Shown here piece after piece: positions 12,176 to 21,023 of a stretch of 30,191 nucleotides of DNA (position 1 is the stretch's first letter; the number at the start of each line of letters is the position of its first letter). Where the stretch lies: NCBI GenBank assembly GCA_964517845.1, contig CAZFCQ010000016.1, forward strand, positions 1 to 30,191, in the 5' to 3' direction. The stretch comes from an uncultured Thermoprotei archaeon. Its GTDB lineage: Archaea > Thermoproteota > Thermoprotei > QMSL01 > B3-G16. Below the pieces are notes generated by a model that did no database searches, was not told the DNA's origin, and was given only the letters and a program-made list of their open reading frames with translations. The position numbers were made by a program, and so were the translations under genes.

Positions 12176-12493
12176 ATGGATCTTGGAAGGGAGCTTAGGA
12201 CTGCAATGAAAACTGGGAAAATAATTCTAGGCTACAAGCAGACGCTTAAAGCATGTATGTTCGGTAAAGCCCAACTCATAATAGTGGCTAATAATGCCCC
12301 TGAAAGGATTAAGAAGGAGATAATTTATTACGCAAAGATAGCTCAAGTGCCTGTATACATATTTCCAGGATCTAGTTGGGACCTTGGAGGTTTATGTGGG
12401 AAACCCTTTATGGTATCCTCCTTAGCAATAATTGATCCTGGGGAATCTGAGATTCTTAGACTGGCTGAATTAGAAAGTACCATAAGGGGGTGA
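12176..12493 (+). CDS. rpl30e: 50S ribosomal protein L30e (eL30)
   Basis: MDLGRELRTAMKTGKIILGYKQTLK...AQLIIVANNAP...YYAKIAQVPVYIFPGSS.DLG..CGKPF. The ATG at 12176 follows the SD GGTGAG; the track ORF begins earlier at 12149. Confidence 0.9.
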   Translation: MDLGRELRTAMKTGKIILGYKQTLKACMFGKAQLIIVANNAPERIKKEIIYYAKIAQVPVYIFPGSSWDLGGLCGKPFMVSSLAIIDPGESEILRLAELESTIRG

Positions 12494-12499
12494 TATGAA

Positions 12500-12934
12500 A
12501 TCCCAAATATTAAGTTAACAGTAGAAGAAATGAGATACATAAGCCTTTTCGAAAGTATCACAGGAGCTTCTACTAGGGATTGTGTACTTGACTCTCATAT
12601 GAACAGACTAATATTTCTTGTTAAGCCAGGTGAAGTTGGTCTAGCTGTAGGTAAGAATGGGATTAAGGTTAAACAACTAAGAAAACTATTAGGAAAAAAC
12701 ATTGAGGTTGTAGAGTATGCAGATACTCCAGAAAAACTAATAGCAAATAGTCTCTTTCCAGCTAAAGTTCGAGGTGTACGTATAACTAAAACTAGCGATG
12801 GAAGAAAAATCGCTATAGTTATGGTAGACCCTGCTCATAAAGGCTTGGCAATAGGTAGAGATGGTAGAAACATTAGCCGTGCCCGAATCTTAGCCAAGAG
12901 ATACTTTGATATAGATAATGTTGTAATACCCTAA
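12500..12934 (+). CDS. nusA: archaeal NusA-like transcription factor (two KH domains); proposed non-canonical ATC start
   Basis: RYISLFESITGA...GLAVGKNGIKVKQL...GLAIGRDGRNISRARIL. The conserved N-terminal PNIKLTVEE lies upstream of the first ATG (12530), in frame and without ATG/GTG/TTG. ATC at 12500 sits 5 nt after GGTGAT. Confidence 0.8.
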   Translation: MPNIKLTVEEMRYISLFESITGASTRDCVLDSHMNRLIFLVKPGEVGLAVGKNGIKVKQLRKLLGKNIEVVEYADTPEKLIANSLFPAKVRGVRITKTSDGRKIAIVMVDPAHKGLAIGRDGRNISRARILAKRYFDIDNVVIP

Positions 12935-12947
12935 CAATTTAAGTAAC

Positions 12948-12957
12948 AAATTTATAC
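12948..12957 (+). promoter_or_regulatory. TATA box candidate upstream of rps12
   Basis: AAATTTATAC lies in the 57-nt nusA-rps12 spacer, about 35 nt before the ATG. The SD GGTATT is 5 nt before the ATG. Confidence 0.4.
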
Positions 12958-12991
12958 CCCTTATCTATCCTTAAAAGAGAGGTATTTACAT

Positions 12992-13435
12992 ATGCCAGGA
13001 TCTAAATCACCTAAAGGTCTATATGCAGCTAGGAAACTCCGGTTAAAACGAAAGAAGTTCAGATGGAGTGATATCTACTATAAGAAGCGTATACTAGGTT
13101 TAGATAAGAAAATGGATCCATTAGAAGGCGCACCAATGGCTCGAGGCATAGTACTTGAAAAAGTAGGAATCGAAAGTAGACAGCCAAACAGCGCTGTAAG
13201 AAAATGCGTTAGAGTACAGTTAATCAAAAATGGTAAACAAGTTACAGCCTTCGTCCCTGGAGACGGTGCTCTAAACTTCATTGATGAACATGATGAAGTC
13301 ATAATCGAAAGAATAGGTGGCCCAGAAGGTAAAGCGTACGGAGACCTACCTGGTGTTCGATTTAAGGTAATAAAAGTTAATGGAGTCTCCTTAAAGGCAT
13401 TACTTACTGGCAAGAAGCAAAAGCCTATGCGTTAA
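12992..13435 (+). CDS. rps12: 30S ribosomal protein S12 (uS12)
   Basis: 147 aa with [49 protein letters not shown]. Confidence 0.96.
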   Translation: MPGSKSPKGLYAARKLRLKRKKFRWSDIYYKKRILGLDKKMDPLEGAPMARGIVLEKVGIESRQPNSAVRKCVRVQLIKNGKQVTAFVPGDGALNFIDEHDEVIIERIGGPEGKAYGDLPGVRFKVIKVNGVSLKALLTGKKQKPMR

Positions 13436-13446
13436 GGTGTAGCATA

Positions 13447-14265
13447 TTGAAAGTGAAGATTCTAGAGTTAACTAATGAGCGTATCTCATTCATAGTAGAG
13501 GGTAGTAATCCTGCTTTCGTCAACGCACTTAGGCGAATAATGATATCTGAAGTTCCTACTATGGCTATAGATGAAATTGTATTCTTAGAAAATACCTCAG
13601 TACTCTACGATGAGATATTAGCTCATAGGTTAGCGCTTATACCCTTAAGGACAGACCCTACTTTACTAGAACTTGCAAGGAAGGAAGAAGATCTCAGCAA
13701 ATATCAAACTAGGCTAATACTCGATATAGAAGCTATAGATGGTCCATTAATAGTATATTCAGGTGATCTTAAATCTGAGGATCCAAGAATAAAACCTGTT
13801 TCCGACAATATCCCAATTGCCAAGCTTATTAAAGGTCAGAAGATAGTATTAGAGGCTTATGCTCGTCTTGGAAGAGGAAAGGAACACGCTAAATGGACTC
13901 CTGTCTCTGCATGTAGCTATAAGTATTTTCCTATAGTGAAGATAAATAGAGAACGTTGTAATGGATGTGGCGACTGCGTTAAATATTGTCCTCGTCATGT
14001 TCTTGAACTTAAAAATGGGGAAGTTTTAGTGAAAAACCTGCTAGCTTGTACAATATGTAGATATTGTGAAAAGGTCTGTAATAATGAAGCTATATACGTT
14101 AAAGGGGATGATACTAAGTTTATATTTTACGTAGAATCAACCGGAGCTTTAGACCCTGCTGATATTGTTGTGGAATCATCTCAAATTTTAAAGTCAAAAG
14201 CCGAAGAGTTTATAAATCAGTTAAAATCCCTTCTATCAGCCTCTAAGGAGGTGACCTCTACTTGA
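13447..14265 (+). CDS. rpoD: DNA-directed RNA polymerase subunit D (Rpo3) with ferredoxin-like Cys-rich insert
   Basis: 272 aa with FVNALRRIMISEVPTMAIDEI plus CNGCGDCVKYCP and CTICRYCEKVC (Fe-S domain, as in Sulfolobus-type Rpo3). TTG start lies 5 nt after GGTGTA. Confidence 0.9.
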   Translation: MKVKILELTNERISFIVEGSNPAFVNALRRIMISEVPTMAIDEIVFLENTSVLYDEILAHRLALIPLRTDPTLLELARKEEDLSKYQTRLILDIEAIDGPLIVYSGDLKSEDPRIKPVSDNIPIAKLIKGQKIVLEAYARLGRGKEHAKWTPVSACSYKYFPIVKINRERCNGCGDCVKYCPRHVLELKNGEVLVKNLLACTICRYCEKVCNNEAIYVKGDDTKFIFYVESTGALDPADIVVESSQILKSKAEEFINQLKSLLSASKEVTST

Positions 14266-14624
14266 AAAGAACAGGCCCAACCAATGTATACCTTAGAGTA
14301 CTAATGCGGAGATTACGAAAGGCATATAGAATGAATGGTGCTAAAATATGGCGAGCAGTAGCTAAACTACTCGATAAACCAAGAAGAAAAAGAGTAGCAG
14401 TAAATCTCAGTAGAATAAATAGATATACAGAGCCAAATGATATCGTAGTAGTTCCTGGTAAAGTTCTCGGTACCGGCATCATAGATCATCCCGTTACAGT
14501 GGCCGCTATTAAGTTTTCAGAAAGTGCTAAAGAGAAGATAGAAAAAGTAGGTGGTAAATGTATTACTATAGATGATCTTCTTAAGGAACACCCCGACGGC
14601 TCTAATATTAAGATCATAGGGTGA
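14262..14624 (+). CDS. rpl18e: 50S ribosomal protein L18e (eL18)
   Basis: 120 aa, KRTGPTNVYLRVLMRRLRKA...VVVPGKVLGTG. TTG start lies 6 nt after GGAGGTGAC and overlaps the rpoD stop. Confidence 0.9.
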   Translation: MKRTGPTNVYLRVLMRRLRKAYRMNGAKIWRAVAKLLDKPRRKRVAVNLSRINRYTEPNDIVVVPGKVLGTGIIDHPVTVAAIKFSESAKEKIEKVGGKCITIDDLLKEHPDGSNIKIIG

Positions 14625-14628
14625 GGGT

Positions 14629-15069
14629 ATGCAGAAGAATGTCGTAGTTATTGATGCTGAAGGTCTAATACTTGGGAGACTTGCAAGTATAGTTGCTAAA
14701 CGGCTACTTTATGGCGAACGTATAGTTATAGTTAATGCTGAGAAAGCGCTTCTCTCTGGTAAACCACTTTCCGTACTTGCATGGTATTGGGATAGGTTAG
14801 CTAAGAAGACTCACTACAATCCTGAAAAAACAGGTCCTAAGCATCCTCGTAGACCTGATATGATAGTTAAACGAGCTATAAGAGGTATGTTACCAAGAAA
14901 AAAACCGAAGGGTCGTAACGCTTTAAGCAGACTAAGAGTATACATTGGCGTACCTGATGAGTATAAGAATGTACCTAAAATTAAAATAGCAGAAGCATTA
15001 CCTAGAAATGCTAGAATTAAGTATTTAAGTGTTGGTGAACTGGCTAGACGAATAGGCTGGAGTGAGTGA
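14629..15069 (+). CDS. rpl13: 50S ribosomal protein L13 (uL13)
   Basis: 146 aa with [33 protein letters not shown] and RAIRGMLP. Confidence 0.95.
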   Translation: MQKNVVVIDAEGLILGRLASIVAKRLLYGERIVIVNAEKALLSGKPLSVLAWYWDRLAKKTHYNPEKTGPKHPRRPDMIVKRAIRGMLPRKKPKGRNALSRLRVYIGVPDEYKNVPKIKIAEALPRNARIKYLSVGELARRIGWSE

Positions 15070-15071
15070 AT

Positions 15072-15476
15072 ATGGCTAGGATCGTAATTTCAGTAGGAAG
15101 ACGCAAAACAGCAGTAGCAAGAGCAATTATCAAACCAGGTAGAGGTAGAATAAGAATCAATAACATCCCTCTAGAGATATTTCAACCTGAGATGGCGAAA
15201 TGGAAAATCATGGAGCCACTACTTTTAGCTGGTAAGGATATTCTAAGTAAAGTAGATATCTACATTAACGTTAAAGGTGGTGGTTGGATGGGACAAGCTA
15301 CTGCTGCAAGAGTTGCTATTGCCCGTGGACTTGTTGAGTGGACAAAATCTGAAGAGTTAAAGAAGATGTTTCTTGAATATGATAGATCAATGCTTGCTGG
15401 TGATCCAAGGCAAGCAGAACCTAAGAAACCGCGTGGACGTTCAGCAAGAGCAAAGAGACAGAAGAGCTACCGTTAG
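15072..15476 (+). CDS. rps9: 30S ribosomal protein S9 (uS9)
   Basis: [11 protein letters not shown]...[16 protein letters not shown]...DPR..E.KK.G...AR...QKSYR. The ATG at 15072 is 6 nt after GGAGTGA; the track ORF starts at GTG 15066. Confidence 0.95.
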   Translation: MARIVISVGRRKTAVARAIIKPGRGRIRINNIPLEIFQPEMAKWKIMEPLLLAGKDILSKVDIYINVKGGGWMGQATAARVAIARGLVEWTKSEELKKMFLEYDRSMLAGDPRQAEPKKPRGRSARAKRQKSYR

Positions 15477-15694
15477 TGTTCCTCAGCAGCTTTTCTTCTT
15501 GCTTCCTCATACCTAAGAATCTCATCTATAAGTTCTACATGACTTAAAAACATTCTCCTACAACAATATCTAGTTATACCTAACTCATCTAATACCTTAG
15601 CTGGACTCTCGCCATCCTTAACCCTTTTAGCGAACTCTTCCCATTTATCAGCTATAAGTTTCCCACAAGTAAAACATCTAATAGGTACTATCAT
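15473..15694 (-). CDS. rpoN: DNA-directed RNA polymerase subunit N (Rpo10), on the opposite strand to its usual operon partners
   Basis: [21 protein letters not shown]...[23 protein letters not shown]. The ATG at 15694 is preceded by GGTGCT plus 4 nt. The 3' end overlaps the rps9 stop convergently. Confidence 0.9.
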   Translation of the reverse strand: MIVPIRCFTCGKLIADKWEEFAKRVKDGESPAKVLDELGITRYCCRRMFLSHVELIDEILRYEEARRKAAEEH

Positions 15695-15776
15695 GTTTAG
15701 CACCTAGATCTTAAGCTAGTAAACACTTAAATTTAACCTTTTACCTCTAACTTGATGATATAGGAGGTGGAGTTGT

Positions 15777-16445
15777 ATCTCAGAGGAGAAGGTAGGTAGT
15801 AAAGAAGGACAAACAGTAGGAGAGCAAGAACTACTAGTACCTTTAGAAACATATCTGGCCTCTGGCATAAGGATTGGTACCCATATTAAGAATAAAGTAA
15901 TGCAACGCTTCATATATAACGTCAGACCTGATGGTCTATACATATTGGATGTTAGGAAAACTGATGAACGTATACGTATCGCTGCAAAGTTTATAGCTAG
16001 GTACGAACCTAGTAAAGTTGTAGCAGTTTCAGCTAGGCAATATGGACAACAGCCCGTTAGAATGTTTTGTTCACTAACTAGAGCTATACCTGTTGTAGGT
16101 AGGTTCATACCAGGAACGTTTACAAATCCTAGCTTATCTAACTATATTGAAGCCGATATTGTCATAGTTACAGACCCAAAAGCTGATTCTCAAGCTATAG
16201 ATGAAGCATCTGAAGTAGGAATTCCTGTAGTAGCTTTATGTGATACAGACAATCTGTGTAGTAATATAGACTTAATAATACCTGTTAATAACAAAGGACG
16301 TAAATCACTTGCCTTAGCTTACTGGCTATTAGCAAGACAAGTATTACGTGAACGTGGGGAAATAGGTCCCAACGATGATCTACCAGTACCTGTAGAAGCG
16401 TTTGAAGCTAAGATAGTTAGGCCATCGTTACCAACGGAGGAGTAA
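15777..16445 (+). CDS. rps2: 30S ribosomal protein S2 (uS2); proposed non-canonical ATC start
   Basis: The track ORF (15900..) begins inside the conserved core. The in-frame upstream reading [58 protein letters not shown] is conserved S2 N-terminus, open back to the stop at 15756, with no ATG/GTG/TTG in frame. ATC at 15777 lies 5 nt after GGAGGTGGA. Confidence 0.85.
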   Translation: MSEEKVGSKEGQTVGEQELLVPLETYLASGIRIGTHIKNKVMQRFIYNVRPDGLYILDVRKTDERIRIAAKFIARYEPSKVVAVSARQYGQQPVRMFCSLTRAIPVVGRFIPGTFTNPSLSNYIEADIVIVTDPKADSQAIDEASEVGIPVVALCDTDNLCSNIDLIIPVNNKGRKSLALAYWLLARQVLRERGEIGPNDDLPVPVEAFEAKIVRPSLPTEE

Positions 16446-16448
16446 ACG

Positions 16449-17312
16449 ATGGGCACTCCTCATAAACATATAAGAAAACCTGCAGTAGCAGGATTTTTCT
16501 ACCCTAGTGATAAAAAATCATTAATCAAAAGCATAGAAGAATGCTTTAAACATACACTAGGGCCACGTGACTTACCTAGTGTTAATAAACGTGGTTCTCG
16601 TAGAATAATAGGTCTTGTATGTCCTCATGCAGGGTATATGTATTCTGGCCCTGTTGCTGCTCATGCTTACTACATGTTAGCTAAAGACGGCATCCCTAAG
16701 TCCTTCATAATTTTAGGGCCTAATCACCAAGGTATAGGATCTGTTATTGCCACAGTTTCTTCGGGTTTATGGGAAACACCACTTGGCCATATAAAAATTA
16801 ATGAAGAACTAGCAAAAAGAATTGTTAAACTAAGCGGAATACTTGATATTGATGAAGAAGCTCACATATACGAACACTCTATTGAAGTCCAATTACCTTT
16901 CCTACAGTACCTTTATGGAGATAAGTTTACTATTGTGCCTATAACTATGCTCATGCAAGACTTAGAATCTAGTACAATATTGGGAAGAGCTATAGCTAAA
17001 GCTATCAAGGATGAAAATGTGGTGATAATTGCTAGTACTGACTTTACGCATTATGAACCTCATGAAAGTGCAAAACGAAAGGATACCGAAGCTATTAAAT
17101 GCATATTACGGTTAGACCCAGAGGACCTATATCGTGTGGTTTCTTCAATGAACATTACGATGTGTGGAGTTGGGCCAGTGATGACAATGCTTGTAGCTGC
17201 TAAAGAACTAGGAGCCTCTGTTGCATATTTGCTAAAATATGCTACTTCTGGTGATATTACAGGAGATCTCTCACAAGTAGTAGGTTATGGTGCAATAGCA
17301 ATTATGAGATGA
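16449..17312 (+). CDS. MEMO1-family protein (AmmeMemoRadiSam system protein B-like)
   Basis: 287 aa with IRKPAVAGFFYP, CPHAGYMYSGPVAAHAY, GPNH and EHSIEVQLPFLQ. This is the usual neighbour of rps2 and mevalonate-pathway genes in archaea. Confidence 0.8.
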   Translation: MGTPHKHIRKPAVAGFFYPSDKKSLIKSIEECFKHTLGPRDLPSVNKRGSRRIIGLVCPHAGYMYSGPVAAHAYYMLAKDGIPKSFIILGPNHQGIGSVIATVSSGLWETPLGHIKINEELAKRIVKLSGILDIDEEAHIYEHSIEVQLPFLQYLYGDKFTIVPITMLMQDLESSTILGRAIAKAIKDENVVIIASTDFTHYEPHESAKRKDTEAIKCILRLDPEDLYRVVSSMNITMCGVGPVMTMLVAAKELGASVAYLLKYATSGDITGDLSQVVGYGAIAIMR

Positions 17313-18279
17313 CTTTAACCTCGACTCCTTTTGGACTTATATTAGTCTCAAGTACCTGTCTAGCATAAGGTCTAACAGCATTCTTAATCTTAGTAGCATC
17401 ACATCTCTTAGCCAATATTAATACTGCCCCTCCCCCTCCTGCACCTGTGAGCTTAGCCCCTAAAGCTCCCGAACTCCTCGCTTTATATACTATTTCTTCT
17501 ATCTGTAGAGTAGAAACCCCTATCGCAGAGAGCATGCCTTGGTTGATGTTCATTAACTCGCCTAATCTCACATAATCACCATTCTGTAATGCTTTACCAG
17601 CTTCAATTGCTAAATGTCCTGCTGCATGATAAAGAGGCATAAAAATATCTACATATTTATCGTACAACTCTAGAACCTTTCTTACTAAATCTCCTGTGCT
17701 TCTTCTTACACCTGTATCAGCAATTAGCCATACATATTCTTCGCTTAATTTTGCATTTATCCTAAGGAAGCCTTCACTTTTACGATATGCTATAACACCA
17801 CCATATGTAGTTATGGTATTATCTATACCACTTGGTTTCCCATGCACTATACACTCAGCTTCATAGGCTATCTTGCTTATCTCATCTAGAGATACTTCTA
17901 TATCAATGAATTTTAAATACGCCGCTGTAAATGCTGTAAAAGTAGAAGCGGAAGATCCCATACCACTACCAACTGGTATCTCAGATGATATAATAACTAA
18001 ACAGGGTCTTAAATCATCAAATCTCTCTCTTATTATTTCCAAAATTCTAACAAACGGCACTATGTCACTAGGTACCTTTCTACTCAACCTCATATCGATT
18101 TTAACATCGATACCTAGGTTAGTTGAAATTATTCTTATATATTCATGACTGTGTTCTTTAGCCTTAACATAAGTCCTTATATTAAGTGCAGCAGCTATTG
18201 CAGGCTGATCCCTCACTACAAAATGCTCTCCGACTATAATAGCCTTACTTGGAGCACTTCCTTCTATAACTCTTGTCAT
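17302..18279 (-). CDS. mvk: mevalonate kinase (GHMP kinase)
   Basis: 325 aa with APSKAIIVGEHFVV, the GHMP motif PVGSGMGSSAS, and KLTGAGGGGAVL. Confidence 0.9.
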   Translation of the reverse strand: MTRVIEGSAPSKAIIVGEHFVVRDQPAIAAALNIRTYVKAKEHSHEYIRIISTNLGIDVKIDMRLSRKVPSDIVPFVRILEIIRERFDDLRPCLVIISSEIPVGSGMGSSASTFTAFTAAYLKFIDIEVSLDEISKIAYEAECIVHGKPSGIDNTITTYGGVIAYRKSEGFLRINAKLSEEYVWLIADTGVRRSTGDLVRKVLELYDKYVDIFMPLYHAAGHLAIEAGKALQNGDYVRLGELMNINQGMLSAIGVSTLQIEEIVYKARSSGALGAKLTGAGGGGAVLILAKRCDATKIKNAVRPYARQVLETNISPKGVEVKVIS

Positions 18280-18467
18280 TTAGTTATTCACCTCTACACT
18301 ATAATGATTGCCTTCTAGTAGCTTAAATTAATTGCAACTACCTAATTATAAATGCTGTCTTATTCGTTCACATTCTTGCTAAGAGCTATGATATCAATCA
18401 CTTTAAACTGCCTTATAGAATGATAAGATAAAAATGTATTTCTCCACATTAAAGCCTGGGGTTAAAT

Positions 18468-19577
18468 TTGAATCTAACCTCTCAGCGAAAACTTGATCAT
18501 ATAATGATCTCTCTTAAGAGCAACGTAGAAGGCGGCCTTACTACGTGGTTCGAAGATGTATATCTTATTCATAATGCTATATCTGAAGTCACTTTTGATG
18601 ACATTAACTTAGAAGTAAGCTTTCTAGGACATAAACTTAAAGCACCTCTACTAATCGCTGGGATGACTGGTGGTCATGACTTTTCACTAAAGATAAATTC
18701 TGCTCTGGCTGAAGCAGCAGAAAAGTTAGGGATAGCTATAGGTGTCGGGAGTCAGAGAGCTGCAATCGAAAACCCGAAATTGAGGTATACATATTCCATA
18801 GTTCGTGAAAAAGCTCCTACAGCCTTTGTAATAGCCAATATAGGAGCAGCTCAAGTAGCTCGCTATCTTAAATATGAAGACCTTCAAGAAGTAATTAGTA
18901 TGATAGATGCTAATGCCCTAGCAGTTCACCTTAATTTACTCCATGAGATTCTACAGCCTGAAGGTCAACCTAACTTTAAGGGATTATTAACTAGACTTCA
19001 GGAAATTAAGTCCTTACTTAAAGTACCTTTAATCATTAAAGAGACAGGATCAGGCATATCTAAGGAAGTAGCTCATACTTTAAGTAATGTAGTAGATGCC
19101 ATAGATGTAGGGGGAGCAGGAGGTACAAACTGGGCTTTAGTAGAATATGAACGAGCTAAGCGACAAGAGAAGTACTCCCTCATGAGGTTATCTAAATTAC
19201 TTTTAGCTTGGGGCATTCCTACAGCTATAAGTATCTGTGAAGTTCGTGCTACTCTTCCCAATATGCCTCTAATAGCTACTGGGGGCATAAGGACAGGCCT
19301 TGATATAGCAAAAGCAATAGCCCTAGGCGCAGACTTAGTAGGAATAGCACTACCCCTACTTAGAGCTGCCTACAGTGAAGGAAAAGAGGGAGTCATCAAG
19401 ACATTGGAGCAAATGATCTTCGAGCTTAAAGCGATTATGGTATTAGTTGGAGCCTCTACTATAGAGGAACTAAAAAGAGTTCCTATAATGTTCTCACATA
19501 GATTTATTGAATGGCTTAAATACAGAGAACTTGAAGAATTCATTAGACGAAGATGTTCAAATTTAACAACGATATAG
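18468..19577 (+). CDS. fni: isopentenyl-diphosphate delta-isomerase, type 2 (FMN-dependent)
   Basis: 369 aa with RKLDHI, APLLIAGMTGG, GVGSQRAA, IIKETGSGIS, VGGAGGTNWA and ATGGIRTGLDIAKAIALGA. TTG start. Confidence 0.9.
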   Translation: MNLTSQRKLDHIMISLKSNVEGGLTTWFEDVYLIHNAISEVTFDDINLEVSFLGHKLKAPLLIAGMTGGHDFSLKINSALAEAAEKLGIAIGVGSQRAAIENPKLRYTYSIVREKAPTAFVIANIGAAQVARYLKYEDLQEVISMIDANALAVHLNLLHEILQPEGQPNFKGLLTRLQEIKSLLKVPLIIKETGSGISKEVAHTLSNVVDAIDVGGAGGTNWALVEYERAKRQEKYSLMRLSKLLLAWGIPTAISICEVRATLPNMPLIATGGIRTGLDIAKAIALGADLVGIALPLLRAAYSEGKEGVIKTLEQMIFELKAIMVLVGASTIEELKRVPIMFSHRFIEWLKYRELEEFIRRRCSNLTTI

Positions 19578-19597
19578 GGATATAGTAGAGGATACGT

Positions 19598-20002
19598 CTA
19601 TACTCTTCTACCTCTACGACCACCTTTCCTTCTAATCGTATCATGAGGTAGTGGTGTTACATCTTCTATTCTACCTATAATTAGTCCAGAGCGAGCTAAT
19701 GCTCGTATTGCAGGTCCTGCTCCTGGGCCTGGAGTCTTAAGCCTTGCTCCACCAGGGGCGCGCACTTTTATATGAATAGCGTTTATACCTTTAGCCATGG
19801 CTTCATGGGCTGCTCTTAATGCTGCTTGCATTGCTGCATATGGTGATGGTTTGTCTCTATCAGCTTTTACTATCATTCCTCCACTAGCTTTAGCTATAGT
19901 CTCAGCTCCTGTTAGATCTGTAATTAGTATGATAGTGTTATTATGGCTAGCATATATGTGCGCTATACCCCATCTGAGCTTAGGTTTTGAAGAACTACTC
20001 AT
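19598..20002 (-). CDS. rps11: 30S ribosomal protein S11 (uS11)
   Basis: 134 aa with [19 protein letters not shown] and [20 protein letters not shown]. Confidence 0.95.
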   Translation of the reverse strand: MSSSSKPKLRWGIAHIYASHNNTIILITDLTGAETIAKASGGMIVKADRDKPSPYAAMQAALRAAHEAMAKGINAIHIKVRAPGGARLKTPGPGAGPAIRALARSGLIIGRIEDVTPLPHDTIRRKGGRRGRRV

Positions 20003-20517
20003 TGCTTACCCACCACTACATCGGCCTTTTTAGCTATAGGAGAATTAGGAGCATAGTTAATTAATATTTCCTCATTCCTTGAGACTAGATATCCTGGACT
20101 TCGTATTTTTCTATCTCCAATAGCTATATGACCGTGCACTATAAATTGCCTAGCTTGGTGTATAGTCCTTGTTAGTCCTTTTCTGTAAACTATCGTCTGA
20201 AGTCTACGCTCAAGTATGTTTTCTACTGTTAAGTTAAGAATATCGTCAATAGTACCATTTGGATTCTCTAAAATACCCATGTTATATAGCTTATTTACAA
20301 GTTCGTGCTCCTTCTCTCTTCTCTCAGCTTCAGGTAACCCTAACAAGCTTCTAGCTCTTCTTCTTATATCACTAAGTAGAGTTTTAGCTATCCAAAGTTC
20401 TCTTTTATTTCTTAGCCCATACCTTCCTACAAGTTCAAGTTCTTCCTGTAATACATCCTTACGCCAAGGATGTCTAGGTCCACGCCACTTTTTTCTAGAT
20501 CTTTTAGGATCTCCCAT
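19999..20517 (-). CDS. rps4: 30S ribosomal protein S4 (uS4)
   Basis: 172 aa with [47 protein letters not shown]. Confidence 0.95.
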   Translation of the reverse strand: MGDPKRSRKKWRGPRHPWRKDVLQEELELVGRYGLRNKRELWIAKTLLSDIRRRARSLLGLPEAERREKEHELVNKLYNMGILENPNGTIDDILNLTVENILERRLQTIVYRKGLTRTIHQARQFIVHGHIAIGDRKIRSPGYLVSRNEEILINYAPNSPIAKKADVVVGKQ

Positions 20518-20525
20518 ATTTTCAC

Positions 20526-20975
20526 CTATCTAGCCTTTCTACGTACACCTATAGTTATACCAGTTCTTCCAGTAGTCCTAGTCTTTTGTCCTCTAACCTT
20601 AAGTCCTAGTGAGTGTCTAATACCTTTCCAACACTTTATTTTCTTCATTAACTCTACATCACTTCTTACTGCTAATACTAAATCAGAAGTTATTAGATGA
20701 AGATCCTTTCCTGTTCGTGGATCCTTCCGCCTATTTAAGAACCAAGAAGGAAATCCATATTTAGGAATATTCTGTACAACATCCTCTATTTTCTTAATCT
20801 CAGCATCGCTTAGTTCACCAAGTCTACGCTTTAAATCTATACCGAGAATCTTACATATGGCACTTGCAGTATTCCATCCTATTCCTCTAATATGAGATAG
20901 AGCTTGAACTACATTAACCTTTCCATCAAGATCCGTACCAGCGATTCTAACTATATATTTGAATTCCTCTGACAT
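20526..20975 (-). CDS. rps13: 30S ribosomal protein S13 (uS13)
   Basis: 149 aa with FKYIVRIAGTDLDG...AL..I.GIG and WKGIRHSLGLKVRGQKTRTTGR. Confidence 0.95.
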   Translation of the reverse strand: MSEEFKYIVRIAGTDLDGKVNVVQALSHIRGIGWNTASAICKILGIDLKRRLGELSDAEIKKIEDVVQNIPKYGFPSWFLNRRKDPRTGKDLHLITSDLVLAVRSDVELMKKIKCWKGIRHSLGLKVRGQKTRTTGRTGITIGVRRKAR

Positions 20976-21023
20976 GGTGACCTCGATTTTTTCTTACTAA
21001 GAAACTTATTAGTTTTTCCCTAA

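Noticed and set aside
12491-12493. TGA readthrough producing an L30e-NusA fusion (both genes are in the same frame)
   Set aside because: Same-frame adjacency has a one-in-three chance. An SD placed precisely for ATC 12500 overlaps the stop. No fusion of these proteins is known to me. It is retained only as an alternative inside the nusA finding.
12343-13413. Antisense ORFs over rpl30e/nusA (72 aa) and rps12 (111 aa)
   Set aside because: Shadow ORFs within certain ribosomal or transcription genes.
15716-16108. 130-aa minus-strand ORF
   Set aside because: It is antisense to the conserved N-terminal half of rps2. It would also run through the rpoN-rps2 promoter region.
19585-19617. Inverted repeat GTAGAGG...CCTCTAC between convergent idi2 and rps11, as a bidirectional terminator
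   Set aside because: It is a 7-bp stem with a 19-nt loop, and the second arm lies inside the rps11 coding end. There is no adjacent oligo-T tract, so the evidence is too weak to call.
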